From Lama guanicoe (Eukaryota): DNA of 64,000 nucleotides. The notes under the pieces are model-generated. The model saw nothing but the letters and a program-made list of their open reading frames with translations. It did no database searches and had not been told where the DNA came from. The position numbers and the translations under genes were made by a program. The stretch is taken from contig MU054323.1 in the NCBI GenBank assembly GCA_013239625.1, forward strand, positions 17,488,029 through 17,552,028, written 5' to 3'. Below are positions 53,768 to 64,000 of this stretch, piece by piece (positions within the stretch are counted from its first letter, which is position 1; the number at the start of each line of letters is the position of its first letter).

Positions 53768-54371
53768 TCACAAGAGAAAAACTACTCTGAGTAAGAATCA
53801 TAGAATCTTAAAATTGGAAGAAATTTAAGAATTTATCTTATGTACCCCATAATAAAGGGTAACTAAGCTGCTTGAATCTCTCAGAGATAGCAAATAAAGT
53901 ACAACTTGAAATACAAACACTAAAATAAAAAATATTTTATGCATTTAATGGAAATTCTAAATAAAAAGTCATAAAATGAACTGAATAAAGAATGGTAATG
54001 GAATTATTGAGCAAAAGACTATAAAAGTCATCAATACCCATTTAGCTTACATATTGCCATGGATTTAATGGAAACGTCAGCTGGATTTAAACCTGGTCTG
54101 GATTTTAGTGTTGGCTCTCAGAAATACTAGATCTCAACCCTCAAATCTGATTCAACTGCATATTCTAGGAGTCCCTACAGTTGGTCTGTGTTTTAAATTT
54201 ATTTATCACATTTTCAGCTCTCTTCTTTGATTCTTGTTCTCTCTTATGCTCAGATGTTTTATATGTTAAATTTGATTCCCAAACTGAAGCATTTCACGAG
54301 GCAGCCTCTGTTTAATGTTGTAAACCCCCCCCAAATCAAACCAATCTTGACTAAGTAAAATCATCTGTCAC

Positions 54372-54598
54372 TACAGTAACTGCACAATTTATCATCCAAC
54401 CAGGGTAACAAGTATAAGCCAGGACTGTTCCTGGCAAATTGACACATACGGTCATCCTGCCTATGGCTAAGGTGACCGTATAATTTCACATGCAAACCAG
54501 TATATTTTTGAAAGAAGATGCTAAGCAGACAAACAGAATGCTAACCAGACTGAACAATGGTACAAAAGCTACAAACCAGGACATCTGATCATTCCTGC
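54372..54598. mobile_element. Two adjacent MER94-like MITEs
   Basis: Repeated AATTTATCATCCAACCAGG..GGTCATCCT and AGGTGACCGTATAATTT..CCAGGACATCTGATCA. Confidence 0.55.
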
Positions 54599-55577
54599 GT
54601 ATAACACATCTCCGTGTTGTTGTCCCAGTATGGGAGACAAATCAACTTTCTAAACCCTATGCACCACTTACTCAGAAAGATATATGGAGAGAGAGAAGTA
54701 TTTTGTATATAATAGAAGCTCAGTACATGTTTTGCAGGTCCAGTAGAGTCTTAAGTATGGGGGCTTATATAGCACCCTCTCCCTCAGCACTTGTAAGCAT
54801 GGCTTGACCAAAAAATAGAACCACCACAAAGAAATCACCCTGTGATTATGTGCCTGCTGCTCCGCAGTGCGGGATAAAGGGAATCCATTATACATTAAGG
54901 ACGTGCCCAGAGCACCAGATCCATTTGTTTTCTATGTGCTCCACCGTCGACAAGAGCAGAAAGGCCAACAGTGGAGGAAACAGGTCACACAGGTGAGCTC
55001 AGTGCTGAGGCACAAACTGCAGGACAGGAGCAAAACGGTCTCTGCCAGGAGAGTCAGGGAGTCCCGGGTGCTACGGTGGATGCAACGACAAGGTTTAACC
55101 TGGTCAAATCTCCTGTCTTTGGGTATATCGGCAATTTAGATCTTTTCTGCAAATAAAATGAACTTAGCCCAGAAAAATAGTGACTTGTCGAAAGTAAAAC
55201 AGGTAGTAGCAGGAAGCAGGGGGAGGGGAGGGGAATCAGAGCAAAATGTAAATAATAGGAGCCTGTGAGGAAGGTAAGGTAGATGTATCACAGAAGGGAT
55301 CTGTTCAGGGCACAGGGTGAAACATACCAAAAGCAGGAAAGATGTACATTCATTCTGAGAGCCATCACTGGAGACCAGAAAGAGTTGGAGTCTGGCTACT
55401 TTTTACCTTCAAGTGCACTGTCAAATTGGGCTCTTGTAACCCAGGAGGTTAAGCATTAACTTTACTTGAAGGCTTGGTGGGAGAGGGTGGATAAAAAGCA
55501 TCTTTTATTAGAAAACAACCCACTGCCAGGTTCAGACACACCCTGCAGTTCAGTTCTGTGATGAGCTGGCTGTCTGA

Positions 55578-55595
55578 CTAGCGCCCTCTGCTGGC
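55578..55595 (-). promoter_or_regulatory. CTCF-binding motif
   Basis: Reverse strand GCCAGCAGAGGGCGCTAG matches the CTCF core consensus, with its CpG retained. Confidence 0.7.
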
Positions 55596-55848
55596 TACGA
55601 GGTAACAGGGAACTTTTTTTGTTCCTTGTTTTTTAAATCATGATGGGTGTGCTCTTGAAAACTCCATGTTTATCAAATTACATTTTAAACGAAACACTGA
55701 AACTTTTTAGTTGAGGAAACCTGCTACAAATAATACTTGAAAAGGATAGATGATATAATAAATATTATCTCTCTTTAAAAACTGAATTTCTGGTGTTTTC
55801 CTAAGACACCTGTCAAAAGTAAAGGTCAGCTGTGTGTTTCTGAGGAAA

Positions 55849-56022
55849 TCAGTTTCGTTACACAAAGTGTGGTCCATGGACAAGCTGCTGCTGGCTCCAT
55901 CAGGGAGTTTGTTAGAAACGCAGAATCTCAGGCTGACCCCAGACCTCGACTCAGACTCTGCATTTCAACAAGAACCACCTCCCTCCCCGGATCCCGGTGC
56001 GCGTCAATATTTGAGGAGCGCC
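55849..56022. mobile_element. MER5A1-like MITE
   Basis: CAAAGTGTGGTCC..GTTAGAAACGCAGAATCTCAGGC..CTGCATTTCAACAAG. Confidence 0.8.
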
Positions 56023-56609
56023 ACGCTCCGCCTCCGTTTCCTCTCTGATGAAATAAGGCTGCTGGATGAGAAGCATCTCTAAGCTCTCTCATGGCTCTAA
56101 AACTGTAAGATTTTTAGGATAGGAAAAAATTTACACTGAGAACTAATGACGCTTACATATCAGATCCTATCAGAGTAAAAACAATTTCTAACAAAACGCT
56201 TGTGTCATATGTCTATACACAGCTGGGGGTGACAGTCAATACGCCAAGAGCCAGTGGAGCACAGGCAGGGACCAATCCACACAGATGCCTAAAGGGGCAC
56301 TGGCACAGTCCTATGGGCCCCTCTGTGCCAGGAATTGATCTCTTAGTTGCTGGTTTGTGGGGAGAAGTAGTTGGGCTGGAGTGGGATGCTTTGGGGGGAG
56401 CAGGGGTGGGGAAGGCCAGGGTTGAAGGGGAGGGTAAACACTGGGGGTACTTAGGACCAGCCAGAACGGAAGAACTTCAATATTCTAACCATCTATAGCT
56501 GTACTCTTAATATTAGTTAAACATCAGAGCGGCCAAAGTCCAAAGTGATGATCAATTTACATAGCTGCTGATACAAAGAAATTTAAGTCCAATGGGGAAA
56601 GCAAAATCA

Positions 56610-56873
<264 letters not shown>

Positions 56874-57330
56874 TTAAATTACTGGTATCGATCGACTTGC
56901 AGTTCAGCACTGCACCTAGAAAATAAGAGGACTCAGCTTGATCATGTTACCAAGGACAGTGCTTCACAGTTTTCTGTGTAAAGCCAATTAGCCCAGGATG
57001 CCAAAGATTTATTTCCGTCAATTTATTCTAAATACACTGAAAAATATTTGGACGTTATTTTTCATTTAGTTCAGTCCTATGCTGTTCTTTCACCCACTGC
57101 AAAGATTCCATGTATTATTTCTTGTAATGGGTCTGTGTTTACTTCAGTGAACTGGGAATTTATAGAAAAGAACCTTATCCAGTCTATTGTCATTATCCTC
57201 AAGAAAATGATTAAAATATGATGCTGTAGAATCCAGCTGAAGGAACACTGTATACTCTGGTGTGCGGTGTTTCTTTGCCCTCCTAACCCTTGTCAGTACT
57301 GCGGTGAGTAGGACATGGTACAAAGTGCTC

Positions 57331-57347
57331 TACTGCCACCTGGTGGA
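57331..57347 (-). promoter_or_regulatory. CTCF-binding motif
   Basis: Reverse strand TCCACCAGGTGGCAGTA. Confidence 0.6.
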
Positions 57348-57769
57348 TAAAAGAAAGAGGGCTGTTGAAAAAAGCAGCTATCAAAAACAGTAACAAAATC
57401 TTTTCAGAGCATTTACTGCCCTTAACTTTTATATATATGAAGGAATGGATCCTTAAACTCTTAGATCTCAAAGAAAATAATAATAAAGCACAAAAAGAGG
57501 AAAGCTTTTTCTAATTTTTCATGAATGTTTTCACATCCATAGTGATTTCTATTGAAATATGAGGCTTGATTTTTCTGACTTGCATCACACATTCATAAAT
57601 TTTGTGGTGACTGGTTTACATATTAAGTAACAAGTAAGGCCAGTGTAATTAAATATATCAATGTAGCAATTAAAAATACACAAATTCTAAATAGTCTCAA
57701 AAATCCCACCCCAGTTTTTCCAGCAGTATCTTAATACAATCTAATAGTAATAATAATAGTTAGCAATTA

Positions 57770-57950
57770 AATAACATTGTTTCTATGCAAATTACATATA
57801 ATCTGCACAAATACCCTATGAAGTAGGTGTTATTCTTATTCAGTTATACAGATGAGGAAACAGGCACAGTGAAGCTAGTATGAAATTAGAACTCAGGCAG
57901 TCGGGTTCCAGAAATCACAATTTGAATCACAACACTACACTGCCTCTCAG
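57770..57950 (-). mobile_element. MIR SINE fragment
   Basis: CCCTATGAAGTAGG..CAGATGAGGAAACAGGCACAG..GAACTCAGGCAGTC. Confidence 0.7.
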
Positions 57951-58342
57951 TTGATTCAAGAGAACGCACAATTTGAAGAACCACTTATTCCAGGTCTTAG
58001 GATTAGTGAAATGTTAAGTGACAGAGCTAACCACTTTAAAAAATTCTCATGTTTCAAATGAGTACACATTTTTAACTTCACTCTTATTCAGTCTTTTCCA
58101 TCTACAGATTATCTCAGTGGAGAAAGAAATCATCTGCTCTGGCTCGCAGACAACTGGGAAAAGTGTTTCTGAAATAAATACTGTCATACTGCTTTACTCA
58201 TGCTATTTCTTTGTTAGTGTTGTAGATTCTATTCTCTCTCTTATAAAAGGAAGACAACTTGAGCAACACACTCAGATACCAGCAAAACCCATCACAGATT
58301 ATACTCTGAAAACTCTCTTAATTATACTGTATTTTAAAACTG

Positions 58343-58490
58343 GGGGGTAGGGCATAGCTCAGCGGTGAAGCGGGTGCTTAGCATGCATGAGGTCCTAGAT
58401 TCAATCCCCAGTACCGCCATTAAAAAACAAATTCATATAAATAAATAAACCTAATTATCTCCTCTTCCCCCTCCAAAAGAACAAACAAAC
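58343..58490 (+). mobile_element. tRNA-derived SINE (Vic-1-like)
   Basis: GGGCATAGCTCAGCGG..GTGCTTAGCATGCATGAGGTCCTAGATTCAATCCCCAGTACC plus an AATAAATAAACCTAATTA tail. Confidence 0.87.
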
Positions 58491-59449
58491 AAAACAGGTT
58501 CTATTATCTTAAAGCTATTTAGATAGAAGCATGCATACACTTGTTTTTCTATAGCCTAGAAATAGGTGACTGGGAAGAGGACAAAAGAAACCATGCGTTT
58601 GCTTTAGAAATTTATTGGTGCAGAGCTTTGTAGATTTATGAATTTAGCCTACTGGATAAGCACTATGGTTCTCGAGAAAATTTTGAACGTGCCAAAAGAC
58701 TTAACCATAAAGTTTTAGTCTACGTGTTATTTTATTTCCTTCTAAGTAGGTGATTTGATCTACTGATCTACGATTTTCCTTTTCTTTCAACAGGTTCATA
58801 TTTAGATATGAACAGGTAAATATTTAGATATCTGTCACATCAGCCAAACTGCTGAATATGATAAAATGAAGCACCAGAAAATAGAACTTCACCTGGTAAC
58901 GTCTCAATATTATCTGTTTTCTGAAGTCCTCACAGGGTTCATGGAAGATGAATCTGAACAGGCAGGAGTTAGAACATGGCAGGAATTCCACAAAGGAACT
59001 GATGGCTCTAACTCCAGCTCACCTGGACTCCACCAGAGTTTTTAGAAGCAATAATTCCTAATCTCTCTCCTGACCAAATATCTCACTGCTCGATGAACTC
59101 TCTGTAGGAATGGACAGAACCAGCTCAAAATCAGGACATTCTAAGCCAAATGCCCAGACTTGCTCCACGTTGCATCTAAATGGCTTGTGAAGAGATGTGT
59201 GGTGAAAACTCTGAAGTAGCCAAGGATAGTGGCAGTCCCTTAAATAGAACCTCTCTTCATATCTGTTTCACAAAGCCACAGAAGTCAACTAGAACAATAA
59301 AACTGCACAAAACCAATGCCTTCAACATCACAAGGACAGAGAAGTCTACGAACTTATATAGAAAAGTAAACCCCCGATTTTGGAAGAGGTATCTCTGAAG
59401 CTGCCATTGTAAACTTTTGCAGAGAGCAAAGACAGGAGGGGGGTGGGAT

Positions 59450-59900
59450 CTTGAAAAATCATAAAGAAAAAGAACTAAAAAATAAACCAAAGGAAAGCAT
59501 AAGAAAGTAAATAATGAAACTGAAACAGAAATTAGTAAAGCAGAGAATACAAAAAATAGTAAATCTAATTAGTAAACCAAAATCCTGGTTCCCGGAAAAA
59601 TTTAAAATAGACAAATCGTTAACTAACTTACTGAAGGAAAAAAGGAAAAACAATATGTAAAGTAAGAAATGACAAGAGGGAGTAACCATCAAAACAGAAG
59701 ACTTTTTTTTTTTATTCTTGAGACTACTTTGCAGGCATCTATGCAGATGAATTTGAAAACCTAGATGAAATGGATAATTTCCTAGGAAAATAGAGTCTAC
59801 CAAAATTTGCCCAATTAGAGATTGAGAATTTAGACTGGTTTCAGTACAGGAAGTGGAGAAAGTTATGTTTTCAAAAAATCCCATGAAAAAGCACAAGGGG
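59450..59900 (+). mobile_element. Old L1 ORF2 fragment
   Basis: TTTGAAAACCTAGATGAAATGGATAATTTCCTAG (FENLDEMDNFL), an ORF2 motif. Confidence 0.75.
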
Positions 59901-59982
59901 TCAGACTTTGACTAGGGTAGGGTAAAGAGATGGGCAAGTCCTTTTCCTAAAACACAAGCATAAGACTAAGGAAAATTTTGTC

Positions 59983-59983
<1 letters not shown>

Positions 59984-60023
<40 letters not shown>

Positions 60024-60150
60024 CCAAAAAAAAAAAAAAAAAAAAGCAACCAACCAACCAACCAAACTCCAAACCAACAATTTTCAGGATCTGGAAATCA
60101 AGCAAAAGCAAAAAAACAAAACAAAAAAACAAAACAAAAAAAACAAACAA
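59984..60150. repeat. A-rich low-complexity tract (A34, A20, AACC and AAAC units)
   Basis: Read directly from the sequence. Confidence 0.9.
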
Positions 60151-63100
60151 CTGGAGAAGCATTTATTTGTGATAAGCTGCTAGAACTCCACTTAAGAGCA
60201 GTGGGTCTGTGGTTTCTTGCCCGAGGCTGTTGCCATCCATCCTCTCCTCTGTCCCCCGGCTCAGCAGGTGTAGTGGTGTGACCAGCAGGTGTAGTGGTGG
60301 GCTGGCCAGGCCAGCAGCCTTACTTCTGGGGGATGTCTCTGATATGGCTCAGAGGCTGAAAACCTGTGACAATTATGTCAGTAAAATTCCTACCAATTCA
60401 GTATGAAACAAATGGGAAAGGAAACAGGTTTGTAAGCCTGAGAATGTGGTCCAGTTGGGGTGAGGTGTAGATTAGCCAGAAATTTATGGGAAGATCCTAA
60501 AAATGAAAGAACCATAGAAAGGTGAGATCAGCTTTCCACACATCTCTGGCTAACTGGGAAGCTGCAGGCACACCTGGGGAAGACCTGAGAAGGCCTAGAG
60601 GAAAGTCAACGCTGGCCAGGTCTGAGGACGGGCTGAATTTTGAATGTGCTCCCCAACCACACGCTGATCCCCTGGAAGAGAGTGAAAGGCTTATGTCTGA
60701 GTACCAGCACTGCTCAAACTACTGGTGACTGCCAAGCTATGCAGACAGTGGTGACTTCTGCAAAAGCCAGGGTGAGAAAATAAAACTGAGCAGACACTTG
60801 GGAGGAGACAGATCCTAGGATACCGGCAGGTTGCAAAAACAAAAAACAGCCCATTAAAAAAAAACCCTCAGGGGAGAAAAATCAGAATCTAGAATTTCTG
60901 GATAACATATTATCCAAAATGTCCAATTTTCAATAAAAAATTATAAGGCATGCTAAGAAAAAGGAAATTGTGACCAATACTCAGGGGAAGTCAAGAGAAA
61001 TGAATTCTGAGTGGATCCAGGTATTGGATTTTGCTGACAGACTTCAAAAACAGCTGTTAGAAGTATATTCAAATAAATTTAAATGATAATTTAAAGAATT
61101 AAAGGAAAACACGATAACTCAATAAATAGGGAATCTCATCACAATAATGAAAAGTATAAAAAAGAACCAAATGGAAATATTAGATTAAAAAAAATACAAC
61201 TGAAATGAAAAATTCACCAGATGGAATCAACAGAAGATTTGAGATGACAGGAGACAGAATCAGTGAGTCTGAAAACAGATGGCTAGAAAGTGACCAATGA
61301 AGGAAAAATACTGCAGATGAACAGCGCCTCAGAGACCTGCAGGACAAAATCAACAGTACCAACTTACATGGAGTGAGATTCTCAGAATTAGGGGAGTGAA
61401 AAAAAGGGGCAGAAAAAAAATTTGAAGACGTCATGGCCAAAAACTCTCCAAACCTAATGGAAAACATTAATCTACAGATTCAGTAAGTTTAACAAATCCC
61501 CAAAACAGGATAAACACAAAGAGATCAGTAAGTGGATATATCACAGCCAAGCTGCTGAAAACGTAAAAGAATATCTGAAAACCAGTGAGAGACAAACAAT
61601 AAATGCTGGAGAGGGTGTGGAGAAAGGGGGACCTTCCTACACTGCTGGTGGGAATGCAGTTTGGTGCAGCCACTGTGGAAAACAGTATGGAGACTCCTCA
61701 AACGACTAAAAACAGACTTACCATATGATCCAGCAATCCCACTCCTGGGCATATATCTAGAGGGACCTTTAATTCAAAAAGACGCATGTACCCCAATGTT
61801 CATAGCAACACTACATACAATAGCCAAGACATGGAAACAACCTAACTGCCCATCAACAGAGGACTGGATAAAGAAGCTGTGGTATATCTATACAATGGAA
61901 TACTACTCAGACACAAAAAATAATAAAATAATGCCATTTTCAGTAACACAGATGGACCTGGAAATCGTCATTCTAAGTGAAGTAAGTCAGAAAGAGAAAG
62001 AAAAATACCATATGATATCACTCATATATGGAATCTAAAAAGACAAATGAACTTATGAACTTATTTACAAAACAGAATCAGACTCAGACATAGAAAACAA
62101 ACTTATGGTTACCAGGCAGGGAAGGGATAAATTAGGATTTTGAGATTTGCAGATACCAACTACTATATATAAAACAGATATACAATAAGTTTATACCATA
62201 TAGCACAGAAACTATATTCAGTATCTTGCAGTAATCCATAATGAAGAATATACAAATGAATATATGTATGTATGTGTATGACTGAACTATTATGCTGTAC
62301 ACCAGAAACTGACACAACATTGTAAACTGACTATACTTCAATAAAAAAACCCGCAAAACCCCAAAACCAAAACCAACCAACCAACCAACCAAAAAACAGT
62401 GAGAGAGAACTACTCACAGACAAGGGAACAGCAATATGATTAACGTCTGATTTCTCATCAGAAAAATAATAGCAAAAAATCAATAAAGCAAAAAAAAAAT
62501 GGTTCTTGAAAAACATCAACAAAATTATTGAATCTTTATCTAGACTGACTAAGAAAAAAGAAAGAAAAATTACCAAAATCAGGACCACTCTACAGAAATT
62601 AAAAAGGTAAAAAGAGAATATTATGAACAACTTTATGCAACCAAATTAAACTACTTTGTTGAACCAATGCCTAAAAAGACACAAAATACCAAACTGACTA
62701 GAGGAAAAATAGAAAATCTTATTACACCCATAATAAAAAATAAAGAAACTGAATTGGTAATTAAAATCTACCCACGAAGAAAAGCCCAGGCTCAGATGGC
62801 TTCAGAGAGAAATTCTATAAAAAATTCAAAGAATTGATACCAATCCTTCACAAACTGTTCTAAAAAACAGAAGAGGGAAGAACATTTCCCAACTAATTCT
62901 ATAAGGCCAGTACTACCCTGATAACCAAGTCAGACAAAGAAATCACACAAAGAACTACAGACCATTATTCTCATTAATATAGACACAAGAATCCTCAACA
63001 GAATAATTAGCATAAACGTATAAAACGGATATACATCATGTCTATGACAGATTTATCCCAGGAATGCAAGCTTACTATAATACCTGAGAATCAATAACGT

Positions 63101-64000
63101 AAAACACCATATTAACAGAATAAAAGACAAAGGACATGATCATCTTAGCAGATATAAAAAAAGGATTTGATAAAACTCAACACCCATTCACAATAAAAAT
63201 CTCAACAGACTAGTAATAAGAGGAAACCTCTTACAGGGCAGATCTATGAAAAATCTACAGTTGGCATCATGCTTAATGGTGAAAGACTGAATGTATCTCC
63301 CCTAAGATTGGGGGAAAAAATGTTTGCTTTCACTTCTATTTAACATTGTTTTGGAAGTTCTCACCAGTGCAGTAAGTCAAGTAAAAGAAACTACAGGTAT
63401 ATAGATTGGGAATGGAAAGAAAAACCACTATTATTTGGAAATGGTATGCTACTGTGTGTAGAAAATCCTAATGAGTCTACAAAAAAATGCTGTAACTAAT
63501 GAACAAATGTGCAATGTAGTAGGATCCAAGGTCAGAATACAATAAAAAATTGTATTTTTACATACTGGTAACAAACAATTTGAAAATGAAATTAAAAATA
63601 AAAACACTCCACTCACAGTAACATCAGGAGAATCACATATTTAGGGACAAAATTTAAAAAGTGAAGTGCAAGACCTGTCCACAGGAAATTAAAGCACGGC
63701 CGAGAGGAATTAAAACAGGTTTAAAGAAAAGGAGAGAAATGCCATGGTCATGGATAGGAAAACTCAGCAAGATGTCAGTTCTCCATAAATTCATCTATAG
63801 ATCAAATTGAACCTCTATTAAAAAATAGGCTTTTTTGGGGGGGTAGAAGTCGACAAGATGAACCTAAGATTTATATGGAAATGCACAGGACCCAGAAGAG
63901 CCAAAACAACTTGGAGTACGGATAAACTTGGAAAACTTATCATCACCTGACTTCAAATTTTACTACAAAGTTACGGTATATTAAGGGAGTAATGATATTG
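60150..64000 (+). mobile_element. Old, internally deleted L1 (5' region, ORF1, ORF2 RT fragments), running past the window end
   Basis: ORF1 remnants at ~60850-61590 and 62400-62470. ORF2 motifs [22 protein letters not shown] and GKWYATV/ENP (decayed FADD region) with many stops. The 5' boundary is approximate. Confidence 0.85.
61593..62391 (+). mobile_element. Younger L1 3' fragment nested in the old L1
   Basis: ORF2 end [32 protein letters not shown], 3' UTR and A-rich tail. TSD AAAACCAGTGAGAGA (61578-61592) / AAAAACAGTGAGAGA (62392-62406). Confidence 0.9.

Noticed and set aside
59947..60172. Poly-Lys and poly-Phe ORFs
   Set aside because: These are translations of A homopolymers.

Overview
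Mammalian genomic DNA, probably camelid: it has tRNA-Ala-derived Vic-1-type SINEs and young cetartiodactyl-type L1 3' tails. The minus strand carries the complete coding region of CDKL4: 9 coding exons at 31524-56858, 1029 nt, 342 aa, all GT-AG and phase-consistent. A non-coding 5' exon must lie upstream of 56915. An RPL31 processed pseudogene lies at about 16721-17148. The rest is L1, L2, MIR, LTR and DNA-transposon fossils. The most unusual signal is a repeat-poor 11 kb block (about 20.4-31.9 kb, minus strand) directly downstream of CDKL4. It holds a chain of about 16 decayed exon-like segments with splice signals. Their translations match, in colinear order, motifs of WDR87/WDR97-family proteins (WD40 region followed by a HEAT-like region). 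I read it as an intron-containing (unitary or duplicated) pseudogene whose 5' end may interleave with the last CDKL4 exon. The family match relies on my recollection of human WDR87 and needs TBLASTN/GeneWise confirmation. There is no CRISPR array, rRNA or true tRNA gene.
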